Assembly: GCA_051294375.1 (NCBI GenBank)
Contig: CM119268.1
Coordinates: 18,542,323-18,606,322 of the forward strand
DNA: 64,000 nucleotides
Direction: 5' to 3'
Source of the DNA: Paraspadella gotoi
Taxonomy: Eukaryota; Animalia; Chaetognatha
The number at the start of each line of letters is the position of its first letter. The first letter of the stretch is position 1. The notes beneath the pieces were generated by a model. It had not been told where the DNA came from. It saw only the letters and a program-made list of their open reading frames with translations, and made no database searches. The translations under genes and the position numbers were made by a program. Shown piece after piece: positions 1 through 12,113 of this stretch.

Positions 1-3000
1 AGAGAGAGGAGAGAGAGAGGCGACGAGAGGAAGAGAGAAAAGCTGCAGCGTACTCTTCTCGTGTCATCGCGTCTCTCTCCTCTCTCGTCTAGCTACCTCT
101 CCTCTGCTCCACCTCGTGCTATGATCTCAGTTCTCGGTTCTTTTTCACTTTTCTCTCATAGTTTTCTCACTTTTTTTTGCCGAGTTCTCCTCGGCTCTTT
201 TCTCCATTTTTCTTTATTTATTTACACCGGGGAGCGCACGCGAGGCGGGCGGCAAAGAGAGGAGCATAAAGATTAGAGAATACTATCTTAGTCACTATAA
301 CGAATCAGATGTTATAAATCATATCTATGACCGCTAAATTTAGCGTTTTCATTTCAAGATCTTCTTTCGCAGATTTCAGACGAAATTCATGTACTCCCAC
401 ATCTTTTTCAGCATACCAAAAGGATAGTAAGACAACTACTACTCCTTTTTTGAAAAATTCCTTCATTAAGTAGTGTCCAAACTAATTAGAAAATAGCTAT
501 ATTTAGCCTTTTAATACTTTTTATCTATGTGGGACTGTAAATATCTTTTTAACTCATTTACTTACGGATTACTCGATAATTTTTGTTTTGTCTCTATTTT
601 TTAAATTATTTTATACTAAATCTTCACTCTACACGTAGAAATTGGAAGTGTTTTAAAATTAATGATCTCTATAGCTATTTCTCGTATGCGTTTTATTCTA
701 ACGAGTTTTGACCGATGCGTATATCCTCTGTCTGACTATCTCTGCAAATACAAAAATTATTAGATAGCAGAAACTTTGGTGTACTGTCATGCAGCCACGT
801 CAGCCCTAAGATTATCGATTGAAATGCATCATTGCTTGATTTTTAACAATAATCAGCGATAAGTTTATCCTTTTCATAATTTTAAGTTAAGACTCTTCAA
901 TAAACTAGGATACTAGAGTACAAACAGGAGGAGTTTCTTACTTAAAACAAAAGTTGAGCACAAATAGTTAAAATTAGATCTAAATTACAGAGTGAACAAT
1001 AATCTTTTTCTATCTCTTAGTAGGCTAATTTAATGTTTAATTCTAAAACAAAAGAACAGTGCACACTAGCTATGGTAAAATATTTTTGTGTTTTGTTCGT
1101 TAACCATAATGTCTCAATTTTCAGACACGAAGGACGTTTTAGCAATTATTGAGTATAGTACTAAATGAGTAGCTTATCACATATCTCTGATAATAATTCT
1201 TACAAGTATAAGAATTCCTGCGCACATCACCTATCATCTAACATCTTCACATATAGGATACTATGCAGTCATACAGCAATTATTCTTTATGATCTCTCTT
1301 TATTTTATCTTTAACATATCATTTTATTATTATAATTGAGTATTTTATCGCATTAACTATATTTATCTGAGAATATATATAGCAATTATACTTATTGTGT
1401 GTATTGTAAGTATGCATACTTTATATCTACAAAGTTATAAAATCTCTTAAAATTTTTTTTGATATCGATGAGTCTTTAATAAATTTTTATCTCTCATTAT
1501 ATTGATTTAATGATTTGTTATTCTATTTCTTAATTGTATGTTTTGATAAAGCATTTTAAATCTATTAATACTTCATTTATTCTGAGCAAAGAGTATAGCA
1601 TAATCTCGTTTTTGTATATTTATATAATATTATTTGCAATAGTCAACTGAATAATAGTGATTTTATTGCAAAGGTCATCTCCGAGAAATCAGATTCAGCT
1701 GTTTTTTATACAGACATAAAAGTGATTTGACATATCATTTGTTGCTGAGCACACTATGTGAATGATACTCATTGATCGGTTGTGTAGTACCAGCAATTTT
1801 ATTATTCGAGATTGTAAGCCTATATAATTTATCCTATCCATCTGACCATTATATTTCTTATAAATAGCAATCTCTACTATCTTATGATTTATAATACCAT
1901 AATCAAGGCTCTGCGTTTCTGAGAACACACATGACCTTTCTGTGTATATATTTGTTAATCACACATTAGCGCTTTCACCTACCAAAACTTGCGAATTATT
2001 ATAACACAAGGAGTATGGACAATATAGTCTTTTTGGTGAAAGTATTTGTTAAACATCACTCTCTTTCTCGTGTTATACATATAATAGCATATACATGTTC
2101 TACATTCTGCGAGAGAGTAAATCAACGCGTGAGATGCTACATAAACTAACTGAGCAACCTGACTAGTCGGTGATGAAGTGTATTGCTATCGAGACGAGAA
2201 TTCGACATGTACGACTATGAGGCGTTCTCTAATATCTTTCAATGTGTGAAGTACTGAACCATAAGCTTGTGTTTATGTTCATTGAAGAATGCCATGTGAA
2301 CTAGTATAATCAAAGACGGATATTCGCTGCAATGGCTTCTACAGCGCCTAATATTTCAAGTTATATGTAGTAAATGTCCAAACGCAAGTAATGATTATTG
2401 ATCTATTTAACTTAGTCTTCGACCATTTTCTTTAAAAGTTTTCAGCTCTTTTAATCATTTATCGACATAATTATTCTGAATATGACGCGCGTAGCTAGTC
2501 AGATAAAGTTATAAACATTAATATATATATGTGGAGTGGACTCGATTTATCGAGGATCTTTGGTTTGACGAGCAGAATAATAGTATCTGATGGTCTCTCA
2601 ATTCTACCGCTTTATTTCCGTTCAGCACAGGGCTATAGTTCGCGCCTGGACGGACACATCTCGTATCCGCATCTATCATTTTTCAGAATATGGCTGGACT
2701 TTTTTTCTCGTCTCATGAGACAGAGTTGAGCTCAGTCATCATTCTGTTATTAGGGTTTTCAAAGTCGACTGCATGGACTTAAATGCATCGTACTCTCGTT
2801 TTTTAAAATACGGTCATGCTCACCAAGCGTCTGAATTGTTGCTTCTTCTTAAATTCGTGTGTGTGCAGTATTGTGCACTTTTGATCTTAATTTTTTTTGT
2901 GAATTTATATTAAATTTTAATTTATGTTGTATGATACGCATTGCTTTTTTTTTTTAATATACACTAATCCGTGCGCTTATTCGGAAATGTGTCGTCCTCA

Positions 3001-6000
3001 TATCTTTCTTACATCTGGTTCGTCTGTCTTTATTTCGACTCATCGAGTATAGCGTTCGTTAGTGTGCATCGTCCCTCCAGAGTCATACCGTCGCTAATAT
3101 GACGCAGGTGTGTTCTCGTCCTTCTTGCGAGACTTCACAGTGGTGGACAGATTGACTCGGTAATGCATTATTTTATTTTCAACCTTCTGTCACTGACTGT
3201 AGTTAGCGTAGTGTGATTGCCTTTCCAGAATATAGAGAGACGCTCGTATTTATCCAATGTAGTGTAGATAGCGCAAGGAGTGACTGGAGTTGGGTTGTGT
3301 GTTCACGCAGAGATTGCTGTGTGGACAGTCGTAGCAGCAATTTAAAGTTGAGCAACTTGGCATACATCATTTATTTCCAAACTACTTCAACTCTTGCCAT
3401 ATCTTTTCTCAAAGCAGCTTGCCATATCTTATTATGTTCAACTTGCATAATCATTCTATTTCAACCTCTTGCAGGGATATGGTGAGGTTAGCTACTAATT
3501 GATTGGCTATTACGACGAGACTGGGAGTACCCTTAGCGCCGTTCGGGGGCAAGGAATTGGGGTTGGGCGTGGTAAAGGATTGGGGTTTGGCGTGGCAAAG
3601 AATAGAGGTCAGGAATCATGAGAAAGACGTGAACATTTAATCATTTCACTGCTGTAGATACCACAAATGAATCCCGGACTATTTGGTCATTAGTCTCTCT
3701 CTATACATCTGTGTTGTATATATATCTAGATAATAACAAAGCTCTCAGGTCTCAGCGAATACAGAATAGATCTATGTATATATAAACTAATAGTGCATAC
3801 AAATCATCGAGCTTAGATGACGACTAATAGATTAATATTGAGATTTCTTAATATATCGAATCAGTTTACTTACGCATTCCGAAATCTATTTTCATTTATA
3901 CTATATATACCTTATATAGTATTTTTACTATCTTGGTGCTTATTACTATTTTCTCTATTTTCGCTGTCTTCACTAGTTACCTCAATTCCTCTTCATCTTC
4001 TTATATTCGTGTTCATCAGGATAATCCAAATTATACCATGAACAAGAGTGATGTACTACGCATCCTCGAGCTAATATGATATAAATGTTAAAATCAGAAT
4101 GTTGACAGGGCATAGCTATCTCGACAGTCATCAATCTCTCCGCCTCGCAATTTTCATCTCAATTCCCTTGCGAATTATACACGATAATCTCATGCTCCCG
4201 TGCCTCTCTCACTAATCACTTGCAGTCAGTCGCTCTAATCAGATCGTCACTCTCTCTGCTCGGTGACTGCTCATCACTTCATATCTCATACCTCTCTACA
4301 TTTATTAATTTCGGTTCTGCTCTTTGATGCCTTCGACGCTAATTGATCATTTTATCCCAATTAGTTATGAAATTCTAGAGTAGTATACACAATGACATTC
4401 AGCATCGGATAATGCTGTGTAGATCTGCCGCGATAGCGGAAAGTATCACATCTATTTTGTCGTTTTCTGTAATGTGATCTCGTTTGCACTCTTTGTTTTT
4501 TTTTGTCTATTTTCTTTCCGGGCTTTTTTCTTTTTTTCTTCGTCTTTTTTAGTGGGTGCTTAGGCTCATCTTACTCCTTTCTTATAGTTAGTGCTTTCTC
4601 GGTTCCCATTAGAGAGAATATACAGTCATAAATATCTAAGCATATTATTATATCTATAGGTAATTATTATATTTAAACAACCTTTTACAATGTATACTGT
4701 AATCGGTAATGTTTTTATTATAGCCTTAGTATATCAGATATACTCTTATATGAGATATTACAAAACGTTGATAATACAGTAGTTATCAAAGTTGATTTCT
4801 ATCGAATTGTGTAAAATTAACGAATGTATAGATTGCGATTATCCGAATATTGCGTCTCGATTCTTATCTGCCAGTACTGAAGTTATTTATTTGAGTTTCT
4901 TACAATAGCTTTTTGCCCACACGTATTGATAATATGATTCCTCGGTATATATCCGAATTTCTCCTAAATCGAAATGAGAATGCGTTATAATTAGTATGAA
5001 AACGGGTTTGAAAATAGAGTAAACAATCCCATTGACGTGCATATCGATCGACTAATAATGAGGGCGCAGGCATTCAGCGACATGTATTAAGTTAAGGATC
5101 TAAATACAATATCGTTTAAGAGATACTATAAGCAACAATTAGTTTTCATGAAATATAACGATGCAGTCAAGTACCATCCATAATACTATGCAATGAAAGT
5201 CGCAGATGATAAGGCAGAGCAAATGACGTAATGAACCTTGAATAAATAAGAAATTTTTGTATTAATCTAGGCATATAACCTATAAAAGTAGTCATCTTAC
5301 TGATCGAAGTAATGAGCTTGACAATGAAAGGAGAGCATGCGGAAAGCGCGAGGCGAGTAAACAAAACTGTATCAATTTGCGATCTCACCGGCGCTAGATT
5401 ATCCGTTTAATACGCAGAAATTCATCAAGGATTCCTACGCAGACGACGTGTCGCGGCGTCCTCTTCTGCTCTTCTCTAGCTCTCTATCCACCTCCCGAGA
5501 TGAAATAGACGCCAGTTTTATTGTATAGAGGTGACCATTTCTCCCTCTAAATTTTTGCTCGCGGAGTGAGAGTTCTACTAATGAGAGTTCTTCGCGTCAC
5601 ACAGTGGTACTGTTCTTTTCTCTCTCGCAGCACAGAAGGCATTTCCTATAATCCGTGTCTCTTGCGAGTCTCCAACACTATTTATCGAGTTACCTTGCAG
5701 TTGGGTTAAAAAGAAGTCAAACCCAAACTTAATTCTGGGTCCTCTCACCAATACATAATCCGTTTAGCTATTCCTCCGTTCTCGACTTTCTCAACTACAT
5801 CTTCTCTCGTATTCTTCTTTTGCCGATGTCTTCTTCAAATCTAACTTCTGAACTTCTCACTATGAGATTCAATCACATTTCTTCTGCTCAGCTACACGCA
5901 CAATTCTCAATTTTTCTCTCTCTCTCTCTTCTCACATACTCATCATCGACTCAACACGGTAACGCTTTACTAGTAATTCTCGACTGAGATTTCATTATTG

Positions 6001-6116
6001 ATCAACTTCATGCTCATAGTATATTATGCACTTTTTTGGCCGAGTTCTCCTCGGCTCTTACTTCTCGATTTCTCTCTCTCTATTTCTTCTCTCTTTCCTC
6101 ATCTCCTGCCGTCTCA

Positions 6117-6157
<41 letters not shown>

Positions 6158-6252
6158 CTCTCTCTCTTTTCTTACTCTTTTTAACCCACGCTGCTGAAGT
6201 CACGTCCCAAGAGAGGCTCAGTGGGGGGGAGGGGGGATCAATCAGGCTGCCG
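1..6252. other. Low-information, probably low-accuracy long-read gap-fill sequence
   Basis: No credible ORF or splice structure. Degraded (GA)/(TC) tracts at both ends, and the segment stops at an exactly 25-N gap (6253-6277). The artefact interpretation is inference. Confidence 0.5.
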
Positions 6253-6599
6253 NNNNNNNNNNNNNNNNNNNNNNNNNGGGGGAGGGGGGTCCAATAGGTG
6301 CCGACCAAAATAGGAGCAACAAGAAAAGGGAAATCGTGAAGGGAGCGAAGTGAAAGAAGCCTCACCAAGTAAAGAAAGGAAATCGTGAACGTCATTCTAC
6401 CTACCATTGGAAATTATCCTACGAATACCATTACTTAATAATAATAATAAATATAATAATTAATTAACTAATTTAATATAAGCTGCTTTGAATTTTGGGT
6501 CATCACGTTAAACGTCATAGGGTATTTTACGTACATACCAAATAGAACTAAATTGATAAAAATATTTCCCAAGTTATAAGCATTTTTAATATAAGTAGA

Positions 6600-6683
6600 G
6601 CAGACAACAGGCAGACAGACAGACCGACCGACCGACCCGATCTACCAAAAAGTGACTTATTCAATTGCTCCGCGCATCAAAAA
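6600..6683 (-). mobile_element. Possible 5' end of a DINE-1/Helentron-type non-autonomous element
   Basis: Minus strand reads TTTTTGATGCGCGGAGCAATTGAATAAGTCACTTTTTGG followed by a (GTCG)n/(GTCT)n microsatellite. T-run + short terminal segment + GTCY microsatellite resembles DINE-1/HINE architecture. No 3' end identified. Confidence 0.3.
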
Positions 6684-7207
6684 TTAAGGGGTACGGATAC
6701 AGTTGAGTAAATTGAAGACAGAACATAACGAAATATTAGAAAAAGAAAGAAAGAGACTAAATGTAAAAGGAGAAAGGATAAGAAATGGCAGAAATGAAAT
6801 ATAAGAAAAAAAAAAAAAAGAAAAGTGGAAACAGTAAAAGAAAAGAAGAGGTTTGAAAGGAAAATACAAAAATATAAAAAAGTAAGGAAATATAAGAAAA
6901 AGAGTAAAAAGGGGGAAAAAAGGAGAAGGAAAAATCGTGGATTCGAGAGGCAGTGACGAGGCTTCCTCTCCAAGAACGGATTCGTATCGACTGAAGGGGG
7001 CAGGAGGGAGGGATAAAGGGGGGGAAAGATGAAGGGAAGGGGTGGGATATAAAGGGGGAGAGATAGGGGGAAGGAAAGGGGAGGGATATAAAGGGGGGAA
7101 GAATATGGGGGAAGAGACCGGAGGAAACTTGTATCGGGAGAGACGCTTACGAGGCTGTGAAAAATGGTTTGTCTAAGTGGAACCAAAAAAAAAAGACGGC
7201 AAGGAGA

Positions 7208-7321
<114 letters not shown>

Positions 7322-7883
7322 ACGAGAGAGAAGAACATGATACAGAAAAGAAACCCATAAAAATTTAGAAAACAAAAACAGAGAGAAAAATGGCAACCGG
7401 AAGTCGCCGTCTACGCCCCCCTCGTAGAGAACCACGCCCCTTAGTACACGCTGTTTTCACTGCGGGCGTCTTTGTCGTCGTTGTCATCGTCGTTGTCGTC
7501 ATCGGCGGCAAAACGCGGTTACCCTCCTACTATCTTCGTCGTTGTTTTACGTCAATCACGGTTTTCGTTTACATTGCCATTTTTTTTTCGTTAGTATCGT
7601 CGTTTGACGTCGACATCGTCATCAAAACTCTCGTCGTCGCTGTCAACGTCAGTCTTTTGTTTTAGATTCGGAGAAACCTCGCTAGATGGAGGGAGAGAGN
7701 NNNNNNNNNGGCTTTGGTGGTTTAATGCCTCCATCACCTCGTATTATTTTATTTTCAAGTAAAATACTTTTTATTAAAATTTACATCTATCTGTCAAGAC
7801 TTTTCCAAAGCTATGTATTTTCTTCTCTCCTGCTTAAAAAAATGAAAGGTAACAAATTTTCAAAAGCAATTCAATATCAAATG

Positions 7884-7889
7884 TTTATT
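7884..7889 (-). terminator. Candidate polyadenylation signal (AATAAA) of the minus-strand gene
   Basis: TTTATT on the + strand, about 95 nt downstream of the TGA stop at 7983-7985. Confidence 0.55.
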
Positions 7890-7982
7890 GAACGTCGTCC
7901 TTTTTACAAATCCCTTCAAAAGGTAAAATTTAAATATAAAAGTAAATGTAAACAAATTCTCTTAATCCCGTCTCTTAACAGA

Positions 7983-8675
7983 TCACAACACCAACTCGAA
8001 CTCATTCAACGTCTCCGAGATTCCCGTCGCCTTCACCACCTCGTCCAACTTAACCACATCCTCTACCGACAGCTTCGTCGCGTGCGTCTCCAACCTACGG
8101 CGCTGATAAGGACTCTGGCGCTGCGAGTCGCGGCGCAGCGCCTTCGTCTCGCATGGCGCCAACCCGCAAAACGGGATGATCTTTTCTTGCCAAATCCGCG
8201 GCGCCGTCGTCAACTCCTCGTAGGCGACGGCCAAGATGTCTTCCGCGTACTCGGGGCGCCGCTTCAGCTCAATCAGCGTCAACGCCCCCACGAGATAAAA
8301 GCAGAAAAAGTGCGCCGTCAACGAAGACCGACCGACCGACGCCGGTTTGCCCCATCGAGTCGTCAGGAACTCTTTGTCCATTTCTCGGAAATCCAATGCC
8401 TCCATCCAAGCGAATCGCCGCGCCCACCGGTCGGCGTCGTCAACGAGCCGCTTGAAGCCGCTCAGCATCCAAGGCGGGAAGGCGGAGGCGGCGCCTTCGC
8501 CCGCCACGTCCGAGAAGAGTCGCCCGATGAGAGGAAGTTGACTCCCGAAGGCGAAGGCGTCGCAGAGGAATTCAGTGTTGAGTCGAAGCCAAGAGTTGAA
8601 GGCTGGAATCGGTCGTCGATGTGTGAAGAGGAATCGAGGAGTGAAGGGAAAAGAGTCGCGTCGGTCGGCAACGTC
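7983..8675 (-). CDS. Sulfotransferase-fold P-loop protein, exon 4 (last)
   Basis: Pyrimidine tract then CAAAG|GAC acceptor (phase 0), open to TGA. Encodes DVADRRDSFPFTPRFLFTHRRPIPAFNSW (3'-phosphate-binding-like R-x-P-x5-S) and AVAYEELTTAPRIWQEKIIPFCGL (YEDL..dP......FlG-like sulfotransferase motif). Confidence 0.85.
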   Translation of the reverse strand, partial: DVADRRDSFPFTPRFLFTHRRPIPAFNSWLRLNTEFLCDAFAFGSQLPLIGRLFSDVAGEGAASAFPPWMLSGFKRLVDDADRWARRFAWMEALDFREMDKEFLTTRWGKPASVGRSSLTAHFFCFYLVGALTLIELKRRPEYAEDILAVAYEELTTAPRIWQEKIIPFCGLAPCETKALRRDSQRQSPYQRRRLETHATKLSVEDVVKLDEVVKATGISETLNEFELVL

Positions 8676-8729
8676 CTTTGGAGTGTTGGGGAGAGAAGTT
8701 TGGTTAAAACAAACATTAAATTATAACAT

Positions 8730-8810
8730 TAGACCCAGTTTGAATTAGTTTCAACAACGATTTTAATTATTATTAAAAATCGTTGTTGAAAATAATTCAA
8801 ACTGGCTCTA
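8730..8810. repeat. ~80-bp near-perfect inverted repeat in intron 3 of the minus-strand gene
   Basis: TAGACCCAGTTTGAATTAGTTTCAACAACGATTTTAA pairs with TTAAAAATCGTTGTTGAAAATAATTCAAACTGGCTCTA with few mismatches. Confidence 0.9.
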
Positions 8811-9006
8811 TTTCACAAACACAACGAAAAAAGGGATTTCATATAATAATAACATTAAAAATTTTCAAGTCGTCTTTACTAACCCCCGTATTTTGTCTGG
8901 GTCATTTCAGTCACGTAACTTTGTTGCATGAATCGTTTCGCCTTACGACAAGAAGATGAAGCGTTAATCCCATGCGAAGTCGTATCTCGCTACAAACTAA
9001 ACCAAC

Positions 9007-9150
9007 CTTTATCATCCAGGGAAGTTCGATGCAGAGTTTGATGGCGAGGATGTCGACGCTCGATCGGACGAAGAGAGGTTTGAGGATGAAGATGAAGATC
9101 GATTGGAAGAGGGCCGAGCGGGAAGGGTCAAAGGTCATGTCGAGAAGGGC
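9007..9150 (-). CDS. Sulfotransferase-fold P-loop protein, exon 3
   Basis: TTCAAG|GCC acceptor and AAG|GTTGGT donor, 144 nt, phase 0/0. Encodes ALLDMTFDPSRSALFQSIFIFILKPLFVRSSVDILAIKLCIELPWMIK and joins exons 2 and 4 in frame. Confidence 0.75.
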
Positions 9151-9268
9151 CTTGAATCATGGTAAGAGTAGAATTTGGAGTCAGGTATAAACTGACAGAG
9201 AGTGACAAAGACAATGACAGAATGACAGAAAGAGAGACAAGAGACATACCCAAACGTATACGACTCAC

Positions 9269-9525
9269 CTGCGGTTCGCAGATGGCGACGCAGCCGGGCA
9301 CGTCTTCAAAATGTTGCAGCATCAAGGTGCTGCCGCATCGGGCGGGACTGGCGATGAGGATGACCTTTTTTGTTCTTTTGTTTTCCGGGTCAGAGTTCAA
9401 CTTGTTCAATTTCTCCGCCGCCAATTTTTCAAAGACGTCGTAGGGAATTATGGCGAACTCTTGGGCGTGTTGAAGGAGGGAGTGGAAGGCGAAGGCGGCC
9501 ACGTCCGAGTTGTAGACATCCACTC
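9269..9525 (-). CDS. Sulfotransferase-fold P-loop protein, exon 2
   Basis: TTTAG|GA acceptor (phase 1) and CAG|GTGAGT donor (phase 0). Contains VILIASPARCGSTLM (5'-PSB-loop-like RxGST) followed by VAICEP. Confidence 0.88.
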
Positions 9526-9668
9526 CTAAATCGTTTCATATTAATGAAATATTGTTTAACAAAGAAATTAACAATTGTGATTTTGAGTTAGAGCAGGTGT
9601 CAAAATATTTGTCAATTGAATCGTCTCAAAAGTTAAAATTTTCCTTTCAATAAATTTCACGTACATAC

Positions 9669-10011
9669 CGACGGTTGTTCGGACAAAGACCGCTCCCTCG
9701 TCCGTGAGGTTGTACAGGTGAACGCGTGGATCCGACCAGACGAACGCCTGCGCGGACTCGTATCTCGCGTGCGCGTGTAGACAAGACTCGAGGACGTTAC
9801 CCAGGCTTTCGCGTATTTGAAATCTCCAAAGGATGCGACGCACCTCGACGAGCCTTTCCGGCCGACCGCCGACGAGCCGTTCGAGGCGTGGTTCGCCGAA
9901 GAGAAGTGACCGAAGGAGACGCGACGTCGCGAGAAGTTGGCGCAAAGGAATGAAGAGGAGAAGATAGAGAAAGAAGCGGAAGGCCGTCGACCAAGAATGA
10001 CCGGCGGCCAT
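9669..10011 (-). CDS. Sulfotransferase-fold P-loop protein, exon 1
   Basis: AAAATGG start context, hydrophobic N-terminal segment (FRFFLYLLLFIPL), G|GTATGT donor (phase 1) matching exon 2. The four exons total 1437 nt = 478 aa + stop. Confidence 0.85.
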
Positions 10012-11307
10012 TTTGACTTCTCTCTTTTGTTTTGATCGAGGAAATTAAATACAATTAAAACTTGATATAAATAATTGAAGATAAATTTTAATAAAAAGAT
10101 AGATTAGTTCTAAAAAGTTTTAAGGCGTTAAGGGTCTAACACAGAACTAATATTATTTCACTTGTCAAGCTTGCACTTTGGTTCCCCAAGAAATTTTAAA
10201 AAAGGACAAAAAAGTTGATCATTTAAATCCTATCAGTTTGGCTTTCGAAATAACGCCAGTGAAATAACTTAATTAAATTTAGCTGTGTCTGTCATCGATA
10301 AAAAAAGAAGGAAAAAAAATGAAAGAACTAAAAAGCTAAAGGTTGAACTTCGGAATTGAGGCGAATTGAGTTTGATTTGTACTATTTTTCTTTCAAAATC
10401 TTCGAACTTTGATATTTGATATCAAGATGACACGAATCCTTGTTGAAAACGTGGTTTGCGGTCTATAACCTATCAAAATTCCTAACAAAATTAATAATAG
10501 CAGGCTCTCTCTTTCTTGCTGAAGGCGCTCAAGTTAACAGTTTTATTCCATGGTGTAAAATAGACGTGAAATTGGTACAACCAATATAAAAATTACCCAT
10601 TCATTTAATGAATAAGCTATCTTGCCCCCGACTTTGGTTTACTTTTACAAAATAATGAAATAGCAGGTTCTTGCAAGCTTTCAATCAAGACTCTTGTTAT
10701 TAATAACTACCAGCGGTTTGAAATTACCTTGAAAATCGATGAAAATCGTGAGAGAACAAGAAGCAAGAATATATTAAGAAAAAAGCTGACGATTAGATAC
10801 TAAGGCAGAGTAAAAATTGCAGATCAAAATTTGAATAGTTGATCATGAACAGTGAGAAATAAAATTCCTCTTCATCGTCACAGACGAGATGAATTCGGCT
10901 CCATTACTTATTATTACTTCCGCCGCGATTATTATTAATTTTTCATCGACTCGACCCCGGTGAACGATACAAGGAATATACATAAGCAATCTATCTCTCT
11001 CTCTCTCTCTATCTCTCTAAGAATAATTTCTTTTGAACTTGTTTTTAGACGTTTCTTCTTTCTTCCAAATATTAAAGATGAAGGAACATGGATTTTCAAT
11101 TCAAACAACGAAAAAAGTGAAACGAAAAGGAATAAAGAAAATGTCTTCGGAATGAAATAAAAACTACGTCAAAATGGAATAAACAGAAAGTCATCTCTCT
11201 CTCACATGAGTCTCTCGCTCTCTCTCGCGTTTGGCAATTATTCTCGAAGAAAACGCAAAAATCCGCGATTTCCGAGAAAAAAAATGATTTATAAATCATG
11301 TGAAGGA

Positions 11308-11310
11308 ATG

Positions 11311-11349
<39 letters not shown>

Positions 11350-11974
11350 TCGGCGATCTTGTCAACCAGTGCCTTGGGATCAACGCTTCATTCAGACGCG
11401 GGATTATTCAAAACAAAAAGTCATCGAAAGAGACGACGATTACCGGGGACATCTTTGGCGCCGCATTCGTCGTCGTCGTCTTCGCTTCCACCATCGAATT
11501 CCATCCAAACACAACATTTTTCGATTCCATCTCTTTTCCATTCGCCTCCGCAGTTTGATCTTTCATCGAGGACGCTTACAACGCAGCTGCAGCCGCCGCA
11601 TCTGCTGCCAACAATACTGCGTCCTGCGAATCCGAAATCAAAATTGACGAAGTCGAAGACGTCATCGTCGTCGTCGTCATCGTCCTTCAAACCACGCCGG
11701 ACGCTTCTTCCCGCCGCCAAAATCCCAAGTGCCTCCTCCTCCTCCTTCTTCCTCCTCTTCCTCCTCCGCTTCCTCTCCCTCCCCCTCGGCGCCTCCCCTC
11801 TTCCCCCGACCCTCCGCGTTGGCGCCATCTTCGATCAGCCCGACGACGCCCAAGAGTTGGCGCTGCGCTACGTCGTGGCGAAGATCAACGAGCGAAAGGA
11901 TTTGTTGCCGACGACGAGGATCGAAGTCGTTGTGGAGAGAATCGGGAGGGACGACAGCTTTCATGCTTCTAAGG
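11308..11974 (+). CDS. Kainate-type ionotropic glutamate receptor, coding exon 1 (leader, signal segment, start of ATD)
   Basis: Encodes ...FFLLFLLRFLSLPLGASP LPPTLRVGAIFDQPDDAQELALRYVVAKINERKDLLPTTRIEVVVERIGRDDSFHASK, recognisable as the start of a non-NMDA/kainate ATD. AAGG|GTAAGG donor (phase 1). Start codon uncertain (in-frame ATGs at 11206, 11284, 11308). Confidence 0.88.
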
Positions 11975-12113
11975 GTAAGGAGAAGGGGAGGAGGAAAGAG
12001 GGAGAGAGAGAGGGAGGGACGACAGCTTTCATGCTTCTAAGGGTAAGGAGAAGGGAAGGAGGGGAGGGAGAGGGAGTGAGGGAGGGAGGACAGCTTTCAT
12101 GCTTCTAAGGGGG
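11944..12113 (+). repeat. Three tandem copies (~68-bp period) of the exon-1 3' end and splice donor
   Basis: GACAGCTTTCATGCTTCTAAGGG occurs three times. Copies 1 and 2 are followed by TAAGGAG (GT intact); copy 3 has lost the GT. Confidence 0.9.

Noticed and set aside
7686-8726. 346-aa + strand ORF
   Set aside because: Antisense shadow of exon 4 of the minus-strand gene. It starts across an N gap and has no recognisable motif.
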